A stretch of DNA of 64,000 bases from the human T2T-CHM13v2.0 reference genome, Homo sapiens, in the NCBI RefSeq assembly GCF_009914755.1, contig NC_060929.1; one strand, given 5' to 3'. Positions 28,764 to 40,897 of this stretch are shown here, in pieces (the stretch's first letter is position 1; every line of letters starts with the position of its first letter). Below the pieces are notes generated by a model that did no database searches, had not been told where the DNA came from, and saw nothing but the letters and a program-made list of their open reading frames with translations. The position numbers and the translations under genes are program-made.

Positions 28764-30764
28764 AAGGTTTTACAAATTATTCATTCTTAAACCGAGGTGA
28801 TTTCCACACCTATCCAAATAGAAGAGGCTATGAGATTAATCGAGTATAAATAGAATACTCAGGGGCACATACTTGGGCCATGGCTCTGGAAGTTTGAGGC
28901 TTGAGAAGATAAGAAAAAAAAAACTTGGAAGATTTATTTTTATTGAATGGATTCTCATTTGTGTCTCCTTCAAGTCATCTTCCTGTGTTAATAGCACTGA
29001 GTCATTTAAATATAAATTTAGCATGTTGTGATTCAGTTCCTATACCATGCAGGTAGAATCGCTGTGGGCCATACACTCACATCGAACACAAGGTGAACAT
29101 TTTTCTTTCTTGAAGTGCTTTCCCCCCTCCCCACAAAATGCCCAATGCTCAGAATGCTCAGAGAGATATAATCTTTCCTGATGTTTTTCTGGATTTTCCG
29201 TAAGATGGAAACATTTCAAAGGGTATCATGAAGGAAGCTTGAGCCTACCTCTCCAGCATTTGCAGACCTAAAACATAACTTTCGGACTCCGGTAGACATT
29301 AGACTCAGACTTTAGAGCCTATTCTCAGTTTGAAAACTTTGCTGGCCCAAAGGGCAGCTTCCTCTGAGAATTCTACTTTCTCTTTCTTTTTTAGTTTTTG
29401 CCATCTGCAGTTTTCTCTTTTTATAGCCTAACTTTGAATTTCGTTTTCTTTTATTTTTTCCCCAATTTATCCTGCTTTTTTCATGTTAATAGAGTGTGAA
29501 CTTGTCAAAATTAATTAAATTCATATATTTTCCTAAAATTTTCTAAGAAAAATTCATGTGTTTACTTCCATAGTAAACACAATTGTCTTAAAAATAGGCA
29601 TGTTGTTTTCTTTTTTGTACTGGAAAACTTAGGTATTAATAGTTCCCCTGGTTTACCAATCTTGTTTTGTGGATTAGTTAAGCTAGTAGTCCATGAGAAC
29701 TCTAGCACAATGAGGTCATGACATTAAATCTTGAAAATTTTTGCTAAATTGCCATGATGCTATAAAAAGTGTTGGGGCTTTTGGTCTTTATTTTTTGAAC
29801 CTTGAAAACAAATTAGAATTCAATTTCCTCCATGTCACTTTTGCAAGAATATTCAAGTGTTTTTTGAGTCATGATAATATTGATCAATTATGAACACTTT
29901 AGAATGGGAGAAAATTAACAATTATGTGTCTTTCTCAGTGAGACCCATCATCTGATATTCTCACGATTTTGACAATGATGGACTGTTGTCAAACTCTCAT
30001 TCATTAACCCTACTCCTACTTTCTGGGACACACAGTAGTAGACTGAGGTTCTTCAAATATTTGAAGTCCGTATCTCCATTTCCCTCCCCTTTGACTTACA
30101 GGAATGCCAGTGGAAACTTTCTCAGGATCATTAAGCTGGTCAGTTTGACTTTTCATTGGCATATAGCCATTAAAAACCTAACTACAGCTTAGTGTAAAGA
30201 AACTTCAAACATAAATGTAGGTAATCAGTTCTTGTACAACAGAGCTCAGCTGCTGTGGGTGACATTTGCCTGCTGGAAGAGTGTAACCTCTGCTTATTAA
30301 TAATGACTCTTCTCAAGTCAGCTGCTCTGAGCAGATTGCACTTTCTAGAGAAAAGTTGCAAATTTGGGAAAGGCAAAGGCAAAAATCATATCTATTGGGG
30401 ATAATGCAAAGGCCTAATATGGGCAGAATATTTGTAAAAGTGGGTAAGGAGCTAAGGATAAGGCTGAGTATTGACAGAGTGCTCACTTAGTGCATAGTAG
30501 ATAGTCTTATTACTACTGAGACAAATAATTATATATTACTTTGGTTCATGCTTAATATTTATAAATTGATTTCATATATAGCGATTGATTTGGTACGTGC
30601 AACAAATGGTGGATATCCTTCTATTCATTTTACGAGGAGGAAGCTAAAGTTCAGAATTCAATGCATTCCTGTTTCTTTCTTCTTTACTACATGGCCTTCC
30701 GGGCAGAAAAAGCTCTGGAGAACTGAATCAGTTTCCTGATTGACAAAGTTGTTATTTGACTTAC

Positions 30765-30818
30765 CCTGTCTAACCAGGCAGTGATAGCATCAGGAAGCAG
30801 ATTATTGAAAGCCCCCAT
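30765..30818 (-). CDS. Candidate first coding exon (MGAFNNLLPDAITAWLDR, phase-0 donor); unverified
   Basis: Minus strand: CT-rich leader, gaaATGG Kozak context, 18 open codons, then AGG|GTAAGT. No matching protein recognised. Confidence 0.25.
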
Positions 30819-31799
30819 TTCAAAAACGAATACAAGAGAGAAAGAAGAGGGGTAGAGAGAGAGACAGAGAGAGAAAATTAGCTTTCCTCTCGTGGATAAT
30901 ATTTTAAAGGGAGAGGAAGAATTTTCATAGCTTTGTTCCAGCATAGACAGCCTGAGGCCACATTCAGGTATTCATTGAAGTATGGCGTTATTACTAGGCC
31001 CCTGATGAGTGGAAATTATTACTGGAACACATGGAATTCTTAATAAATATTCTAGGTGGGCCGAAGGGGATTTCACAGTATATGTGAATTCACAGGCAAA
31101 GAAACTATTTCAGTTCTACTTTCCAGGAAGATTTCAAGGGCCCAAAGCTAAAATGTATGGATTTATTTAACAAGATGGGGAATGGTCCTGGATGCTGCAC
31201 CCAGCCTTTCTCCATGTTCGGTGATTTCCTAGAATCAATACTATTTGGAATAAAAAAAAAATGAAAAAGAAAATAGAACAAACAGAAAAAGACATAACAA
31301 ACTGGACAAACAATCTCTTGGGGCTTTTGCTTTCCATGCTTCCTCTGTTCACACAGCCTGCCTCTTCCTCTCGCCACTCCCTCCGGAAGCTTTTAGTAGC
31401 AGAACTCTAGATTTTGATCCACAGGGCGTGGGTATGGATGTAGATTTTCTTTGATTTTACTCTGAAGTAAGTTCACCTGCATTTCAATTGCATTTTTACT
31501 TAATTTAAAAGGGCTTGTATTCTTTATAGCTTATTGATTCATTCTGCTTTACCTATTTATTGTTATGAAAACTAGTTATTTCTTTATATCATAAAGATGA
31601 TATATAAGTTGATAAAAGTTCAGCATGTACTGATGGTAACATATGAAAATAGTAACTGCAGTATCAGTTTTTATTTTCTTTATGAAATAATAACTACACA
31701 ATTAAATGTGAGAATACATTGCCTTGTGCTCAAATTTTCTTGTTTTTGCTTAGGTTTATCATTGAGAGTTTTCCAAAACAAAATGCTTTTAAGTTTAAC

Positions 31800-32440
31800 T
31801 TTTTAAAAACAGCACTGCATTTCATGGTTTTGATGTATGTAATTAAACAAACAAGATTTCTGTAGGATGTTACTATTGTAAAGCATGCTATAATCATTAA
31901 ACGTATACCTATGTCTTTGCACCCAGTGACATAATAATGTATATATATAATAAATTATTTAAAGAAAAATTACTGGGTCAAAGGTCATATGCTTTTTAAA
32001 TTTAACAAATTGCCTATTTGCCTTTTCAAAAGTCAAGGAGACTTATTCTCTCTTACCTGTGGTGTATAAGAATGCCTAGTTCCTCATGTTTTTGTTAATT
32101 TGGTGCTTTATAAAATTTTAATAGTTGTTAATCTGATAGAAAAAAATTTATCCTAAAATAGTTTTAATTTGAATTTCATTAATTATACCGAATACTATTT
32201 TATGAATGTACAGGTTGTGTGTGAATTTCCATTCTGTGTCTTTTGTACATTTATGTTACAGGCAGTTGCTCTTTTCTGTTATATATTTATATCATGTTTC
32301 TATGTTAAATAGGTAGCTCTATGTCTGTCATATTTGCTGCAATTATTTTGTATTTTTATTTTGATCAGAGCATATTTAGTTTGTAGGAATTCTGTGGTAT
32401 AAAAGTTCTTATTTTAATATGATCGTTACTATCATTTTAA
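31800..32440 (-). mobile_element. L1ME 3' fragment
   Basis: 'aaattactgggtcaaaggtcatatgc..gtgtataagaatgcctagttcctca..ttgttaatctgatagaaaaaa'. Confidence 0.65.
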
Positions 32441-33094
32441 GTACAGATGTACACTACCTCCTTGCTCCAGCTTCAACCTAGGTTTCTCTAATTTAATGTG
32501 TCTGATACTTTAGGGTTCCAAAAAAGTTATTGTTTGGAGAAAAAACTAATTCTGTTTGTAAAAAAATATATTACAAGGAAAAAATGTAGCCCATTTTTAG
32601 ATTTAGTCACACCTTACCCTGAAATTAAAATCTCTGCAATATGACCACAGATTATATTTCTAGTCTCTCATTAATACAAATCTATACCACGAATCTGAGC
32701 CATGTTTTCTGTTCCTTTTTTATGATCCACTTTCTGGCTTTTATCCTATTTTATTCTGCCAGAAATGTCTTTATTTTTTTTTTATAAAATCATACCAGAT
32801 TTGAAATTACTTTTTAAATGACATTCCCATTCCCAGTCCCATTCCCATGCCTTCTCTGATCTCCTACCCTTCTTAAGAAATGTATTTTCTTATGACTTCA
32901 TTTTCTAATCCATCCAACCCCTTTAATTATATAGTTCTCAGATTACTTACTTTGTATAGTTGTTTACATCCCATCCTCAAATATATGTAATATAGAGAAA
33001 AAAAACCTCCCTTTTTGAAAGGAACTACAAGAATACACAACATAGGATTTCAATAAATAGTTTCAAAATTTTCTTAGACTGCTATTATGGACTT

Positions 33095-33290
33095 ATTGAC
33101 TGGATCCGAGTCAGAAAATTTAGTTTGTGCCCTAATTATGCTATCTAATGCAGCACTACTTTTGATGTAATGGAGTCACCTTTCTGAAATTAACATATTT
33201 TTAGTTTTTATTCATTCTTCTACAAAACAGATTTATAATAATACTTTCAGGATTATGTGAGATTAAACTAAAAGATTTTAAAATACATTA
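33095..33290 (+). mobile_element. MIR SINE, degraded
   Basis: 'gagtcagaaaatttagtttgtgccc..ctttcaggattatgtgagattaaa'. Confidence 0.5.
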
Positions 33291-33907
33291 TTTTTGTGAA
33301 ACCACTTTATTATAATTTTCAATTAAAATCTCAATTGTTATTATGCTCATCTAAATATAAAATTGTATGAATAGGTATTCAAACAGGCTAGGATTTTTGC
33401 ATAATTAAAGTTATTTTTCTTTAACAATTGATTAATTGAAATTGACTTGAAATTTTATAAACATCTGTTGTTCTCAGGCATTAATAAAGCTAAAAGTTCA
33501 TTCAAGGACAGAATCCATTCTGTTCCCTAAGTGTTCCACTCTATTGAATTATATTCAGAACTAAAAAGCTGGTAGAATACAGACTGTTAATCAGCTATGA
33601 AGGTCTAGTAACTGTTATATAAAACTATTTTTAAAAACTTAGGCTATCTAGACTTTAAAACTATAAATTGTAATTTATAGGTTATAATTGTAAGTACTTT
33701 AAAAAGTATATATAATACATGTAACTTATTGACTTCCTAAGCATATTAATAGCATATTTTATTATTCTATGAAAGGTAAGATGCTAAATTTGTGGTTAGC
33801 ATGCTGAGTCAAGGATAGATGTAAATCCATGTTTACTTCTAGATTCAAAATTTAACATTAATCTTCCTTTTCCATCAGCAAAAGTCTCTTTCTAAGGAAT
33901 CAATATA

Positions 33908-34235
33908 CAGTTATCCCTTGGTGTCTGGGGCACTGGTTCCAGGACCTCCTGTCAATACCAAAATTCGCTAATGTTCAAGTCCTTGACATAAAATGTCATA
34001 GAATTTGTGTATAACCTATGCACATCCTCCCATATATTTTAAATCACCTCTGAGTTACTTGTAATACCTAATACAATATAAATGGCATATAAATAGTTGC
34101 TATACTTGCTTCAGGAATGCTGATCCAAAAAATTCTGTGCATGTTTGTACAGATAGAATTTTTTTCCTGAATATTTTTGATCTGCAATTGGTTGAATCCA
34201 CCTATTTGAAACCCTTCAATACAGAGGGCCAACTG
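33908..34235 (+). mobile_element. MER2-family element, full length
   Basis: TIRs cagttatccct / agggccaactg with TA on both sides (33906-33907, 34236-34237); the body matches recalled MER2. Confidence 0.9.
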
Positions 34236-34237
34236 TA

Positions 34238-35005
34238 CTCATTTATGCAAGAGCAAAATCTTAGAGTGGCCTCCATCTTGATTGCCATCTCCTGCCTTAC
34301 CCAACCCATCAACAAATGCTATCAATTTTACCTCCTAATTTACCTTCCATTCTCTATGTTGTCACAGCTTATTTGACCTTTCATCTAGATAATTATAATA
34401 ATCTCCTAATGTATATAATTATCTCTAGCTTTTTTTTCTTACCCATTCTTCACAGTGTCACCAAAACACACACTGAATCCTGTTGCATTCCTTTCTTACA
34501 CATACTCATTTGCTTTTTCTTCCCTATATTCATAAAACATTCATAAGTTTTAGGTATATAAAGTAAGTGCTGTAATGCTACTCAGAACTCAGGCTTGTCA
34601 CATTAGGCATATTTTTCCAGTGTCAGCATTATAAACAGAAAATCCTCTTAATAATCAGATTATTTGTAATATTGATAATGTTTTGGCTGACCTATTTAGT
34701 TGAAATTTTCTTTCCCCGTATGCCTGAAAAAAATCCTACTTCTCCATTACAACACAAATGTCACTTCCCATGTGAATATTTCTCTAGCCAACCATGGCTA
34801 GAATTACTTCCCTCTTTCTTTGTGGATCCTCCACATATCAACATTGTTGGTGCTTCTGTATTTGTTGTGCAATTACTCTTATCATTTGTCTTTACCATAA
34901 ATTTGGGTCTTCCTAAAATGAGACACCATGGCTTTCCAACCCTATGTCTTTTAGTCCTTGGCATATATTTGGTCCTCCATTAATATTTATTGTTATTTGG
35001 AATGA
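34238..35005 (+). mobile_element. L2 3' fragments
   Basis: 'ccaacccatcaacaaatgctatcaattttacctcct', 'tcatctagataattataataatctcctaat', terminal 'gtccttggcatatatttggtcctccattaatatttattg'. Confidence 0.6.
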
Positions 35006-36285
35006 GGAATAAGGAAAAGGAGAGCTCAAATGATCTGTGAAGGAAGAGAAACACATAGGGCATGTGAAACAATATCCTTCACGGTGTAGTATTTTTTATT
35101 TTTTCTCCAACAGCACTCTTGCCATTTGCAATAAGTCCCATCACTCATGGGTTGTTATTACTGAGGTCCTCACAGAAGAAATATTATTCCATTTCTTGCT
35201 GCTCTCTGAAGCACTTATACTTCATTATTTCCCCACGGGCTTCAGTGTCCTTCCGTTTTTTTCACATTCCCTTGGTTTTTTATTTCAGTAGTATCTGTGA
35301 TGAAGGGCTGATGCCAAGTAATCAACTTGACTTCCTTTAAAAAAACAAACAAAAATCCCAGTTCAAACTGATGGTTTATTTTATAAACAAAATCATCCCT
35401 CTATATTCTGTGCAAAAACCTTCAGCACAATGTGGTAGGATATGCCAATTGAAATGCCAAAGCCCTGTAATGGAAAAATAAGAAAAGGATCAAAATTTCT
35501 TTCACCTAAGAAAGTGCTATTAGTTCAAGTAGCACTTAACTGGTGAAATGAATATGCCCAGCAGAGAAATTTTGTCTTTGGCAGCTGCAATACCTAAGAC
35601 CCACTAGCTGTCCTTTGTTCCTGCGTATGCTGAGTCTCATTTCCCAGGGAGGATGATTCAATTAGGATTAAGTTCTTTCAAGAAAAATTATAAAATAAGG
35701 TATCGGGTGGATTATATAGGGTTTTCCCACATGCAAATTTCTCACTATTTAATGTGTCGTCACTTTATCTTACTGCCACTGCCTTTTGTTCCTGTCATGC
35801 AATTTTCTTCTACCAGAGTGCATTTTGAAGGCATAGAATAGAAAGGAAATGAATGTGGGCATGGAGTTGAAGAGACAAAACTTAGAAAGTTGGGAGATGG
35901 TAATGATCCTTGTAGTTATGTCCTCAGGAATAAAATGTTACCAAAAATATACCTGAATGTATCACTATGGGCAGGGCGAGGTGGTGGGGGGGACTCGAGA
36001 CCAGATGTCCTGAGTTTAGAAAGGCATTGTAACAGCTAATAGATAATAGTGGAAAGGTTTCTGATAACCTTTTTTTTTTAATAAAATAAAGTTGGGTAAA
36101 ATATATGCATCCTTTGTCTACATTCATTTTAGTAATCCATAAGTTATGGAAGACAGAGAAGTGACTGCACTCTCTTATGATAAGCAGCTGGATTGTGTGC
36201 CATTGTATCAATGACACCCTCTCGATATGCCTACTGCTAAATAACAGTGGTTGTTTTATTAGCCATCCAGTAGATGGCTTATTAG

Positions 36286-36444
36286 TAGGGTTGCCAAAAT
36301 TAACTAATAAAAATAAATGACAGTGAGCTAAATTTGAATTTCAGATGAAAAATAACTTTAAGTACAGTAAACCCCTTACAAAACCTTTGTTGTTCATCAC
36401 TAATTCTAATTTCACTGGGCACCTTATATCCTATCTAGCAACTC
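36286..36444. mobile_element. MER53 hAT MITE, centrally deleted
   Basis: tagggttgcca...tagcaactc termini, 'taaatttgaatttcagat' core, and a perfect 8 bp TSD cttattag at 36278-36285 and 36445-36452. Confidence 0.88.
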
Positions 36445-36829
36445 CTTATTAGGATATTACCAGTCTCTTTTAAATATGTATAGATTTTTCTCCTGTTGTA
36501 GGATCATGGCATAGAGTATAGTTTAATCCTCAGGGGCTTTTAACTAGAGAAAATATTGACAATTATACCTTGATCTTCTTGAGCCTCAGCATGTTAGAAG
36601 TAGAAAGGTTTGACCGATAATAGGCCACTGATAAATACATGCTTATCCTGAAATTCCAAAATTACCCGCCAAGCCTCTGCCCTGAAGGATCTGTTGTATG
36701 ATAACCAGATGAATATTCAAGGGCATTAATTCCAGCATTGCTTGCAAGGGTGAAAAATTGGAAACAGCTGATTTGTTTATCAATGGGAAAATAAATACAA
36801 GTCTAGTCTTTGATTCTGAGCACAGAATC

Positions 36830-37117
36830 ATGTAAATTAGTGTGCAGACTCTGCATCCCCATAGCCTGGATTTAAATTCCAGTTCTACCACTTACTACTT
36901 ATGCAGCGCAGATAAGTTACTTAACTTCTCTGTGCTCCATTTTCATCATCTGAAAAATAACAATATTATAAAAATATAAACATAATATAAAATCTGATAT
37001 GAAAATAACAGAAGTCTCTCCCAGAGGGTTTTTGTGAGAGCATGGTGAATTAATACATATGAAGTATTGAATACAGTGATTAACACCTAGAAGTATATAG
37101 TAAATATTAGCTTCTAT
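36830..37117 (+). mobile_element. MIR SINE
   Basis: Core 'gcctggatttaaattccagttctaccacttact..aagttacttaacttctctgtgctccattttcatcatctg'. Confidence 0.85.
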
Positions 37118-37119
37118 CA

Positions 37120-37470
37120 AGATGAAATACTATACAAAATTAAAATAAGTAAATTGAAAGGTATGGGAAATTAGATAACATTTATGTAAAATGGTTAAAA
37201 CGGCAAAGTAATACTAAAACAGCTGATGCTTATGTATGTAGTGAATATGATAAATCATATATTGAAAGATAAATACCCAATTATGATGATAGTTCTCCTC
37301 CTGAGAAGAGGAGGGACAGGTCTAGGGAGTATAATAAGGTTATTTAGAAAGTTGTATTTATTTTATTTAGAAAATATGAAGGTAAGTCACAAAATGTTAA
37401 TGCTTGCTAATGCTTGGTCTATGGATATTTGCTGTAATATTCTTGGTAACTTACTATATTTGTTCAACTA
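37120..37470 (+). mobile_element. L1ME4-like 3' end
   Basis: 'gatgaaatactatac..caaaatgttaatg..ggatatttgctgtaatattctt'. Confidence 0.5.
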
Positions 37471-37619
37471 ATGAAAAAGTAGACAGTGGCCTGTGGAGAC
37501 CGAGACTTTTAATCTGAGAAATAAATTATTTGTCAAACTGTTACTTTTTATATCATATATTTTGAATCCATTTGCAGATGTCATAATTCTGAGCTTTATC
37601 AAATAATTTAGGGGGTCTA

Positions 37620-37930
<311 letters not shown>

Positions 37931-37964
37931 CTAGCATTTATCCAGAGTCTCAAATGTGCAGAAG

Positions 37965-38127
37965 CATTTCAACTATGATCATTAAGTGAAGTAGATTTTA
38001 TTATTCCAACTTCAGATGAGAAACTGAGGCTAAGAAGGAATAAGTAACTTGCTGATTGTCAAACTAGAATGCAACCAGGTTGGAAATCATGCCCACGTCT
38101 GCCTCACTCTTAAAGCTTATTCTCTTT
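37965..38127 (-). mobile_element. MIR SINE
   Basis: 'ttattattccaacttcagatgagaaactgaggct..aagtaacttgc'. Confidence 0.75.
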
Positions 38128-40774
38128 TCATTTCGCCAAGTGCAACCAAGTTCTACAGGTATATATCTATGCTAGTTATACTAGGCTGGCAATCTACTTT
38201 TAGAAATTGTATTCACATATTTAAAACTTTGTTGAAATTTTGAGTATTCTGTATGATTTGAATATGTAATTTTTCAGTTCCATCCAGTTTATTAGTGGAT
38301 TTTTCAGGTGACCTTGTCAGGCAATCAGGGGTAGGGAACATAATTTATAACATAGAGGGAATAAGAATCTCAGCTTAGCCTAGTATTTGGGATGAGGATC
38401 TTTCTGACATGTATTTGAGTCTAAGAGCAATAGCCTATGAAATCTTGTTTGAAAATAGAAGAAAAGAAGTGTTAAACTATATTCTGTATTAATAATATAA
38501 CCAAATGTTAAGTTAGTTTTAGCCTAGAGGTTTTGTTTCTGAAGTAGGTGCTTCAGTGCTTCTGCTTGCAGAATATGTTCTGGTTAATGAAGATACTGTC
38601 TAGTATGCAACATAACTTACATGTGCATGGTATATATCCATACAATATGGAGAATGAACCTTATCTATTAAGAATAAATGCAGAAATTCTAAAATGTTTA
38701 AAAGATTTTATTTAAATGTATGCACATTTTCTATTTGTCAGCATATACGAGGTTCAAAACTACAAACTTGAATGTGGCAACAAAGTACGTTTATCATATT
38801 TTCTAAACAGATTCTAAATGCATAATTTTTTCAGAGAGATTATGACAGGAGGCAATGGTAAAAAAATAAACTAAATCAGTAGTATTTAAGATGAGAAGAA
38901 TTACTCTTATTTCTTGAGAATGAGGGTAAGAAAGAGACAGAAGTGTTCAATTCCTGGGTTAGTTTTGAATTCTGGAGATAGAAGGAAATTTAATAATGCA
39001 ATGAGTCCTGGACAATGTTTTCTCACATGCATTATTTTTGAGTGCTTTTCAAAAAGCTTATCACAGTGACTTAAAATTTTGAAATGGGATAATTTCCAAA
39101 AAGTACTGAAAATATAAATACATTTGAATGTAGTGTGTATTTGGCTTATATTTCAAATTTTCCCTTCCAGTGAAATAACTCGGGGGGTACTCTTGAAGTG
39201 TTTCTTCTTCTAGGTTTAATTTTTAGTGAAGTAAATGTTGGGATTTCTTTTATAATATATTGCCTAAATATATTTTCAAGGGATTTGAAGTTATTAGGCA
39301 TGTCTGATTTAATTTGTTCATGTATGTTAAAACCTATATTTATTTGTGACTAGTGTAAATGTATGGTTAAATGTAGCTGACACCAGATGTGAGCCATATA
39401 ACATATTGCTATAAAAATAGAAAAATAATTATGTTCCACTTTGTAAATACTTTTAAACAAATTTTACATAAGTGAAAATCTCACATAATGCCAGACACAC
39501 AGTATGAGGTAGTGGAAGATTAGGTAAACTAAATTATTCATGTCAACCATTTTAAGAAAATTACTTAAACTAATGCTTAGTTTTCAACTTATTATAACTG
39601 AAAGAACAAAATTGTACTTTATTCTGATAAATTATTTACACACAACTCACAAAGTGTAATATCAAAATATTAAGTAGATTGAATAAGATAATGAAATAGT
39701 AGCTCATGTATATTTTTTGATGTGAAGGAAATGAACATTTATCCATCAATTTATGTCATTTATTGTAATACGTCAAAAACGTAGCTTGTGATAATTCAGT
39801 TGAACTACAAAAAAGCTCAGTGATAAAAATTTCCATTTATTTAAAGCTATTTATTATAGCTGTAAAAGTGAAAGTATAGATAGTTGTCCTAATAAACTGG
39901 AAATGCAAATGTATAAAAAATAGAAATTAATTGCTAGACTCTTTAGTCTATGTTGTTCTTCACAGTATCCTTATGTACCTCTATTTTTTTATTTAAAAAG
40001 TCAAGTACAATATCTTTATTTAGTTAAAAGTAAGTAAAAAAAATAAAATTTTTCATCATTTGTTGATATGTTTAAAATATATAAAAATACTATTTAAATA
40101 TATTCCTTTTTTTGTTTCTGTGAGAAATTAACCACTAGTTTCCCACATCTACAATCATTATCTTTTTCTTTTGTAATGTTTATTATTGTTAAACTATAGT
40201 ATAAATCATTTTATGTTAATATCTGTATTCTTCATATTCATTAGTGACTATTAACATAATAAAGAGAAAATAAAATGCTGAAGTCAATTTATATGATGAA
40301 AAATAGATTTAATATTGAGTAATAAAAAATATAATCCTCCTTCATTTGAATCATACATAAAATTTCAAAACATTAGTAGATGATGAAAATTAAATTATCT
40401 CTATATCTTAATGGACAATATCAAATTAAATTAATGTGCAACTAGAAAACACATAGAATAGAGCCTTATTCTTTAAATCTATGTTATTTTAGAATAGCTC
40501 AGTTTTGGCATAAAATGTTTGATAGTATGCAAGCCCCAATACTGTATTTTATTTAATAGGTTCAATTATAACACAAATGATACACAAATGATGATATAAT
40601 TTATGTTCTAGGACATAAGTATGTATCAAAAATTGCAGAAAAGCACAATTTTAAAATGTAGGAATAATAATGCAAAAAAACTTAAAATAAATATAAAGGA
40701 ATAATAAAATTATATATATAACCAAAAGGTTTTCAAGTCTTGATCATCTTCAAAAATTTTCTACAGGGCCCCAG

Positions 40775-40897
40775 ATAGTAACATCTATGAAGACAGACAT
40801 TATATCTTCCTTTCAATTTCTTATTATATTTCCAAGCATCTAGCATCAAGATTGATACATAACAGACACTTAATAAATGTTTCTTAATAAGTGAAGG
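40775..40897 (+). mobile_element. L2 3' terminus
   Basis: 'tctatgaagacagac..tatttccaagcatctagca..gacacttaataaatgttt'. Confidence 0.6.
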
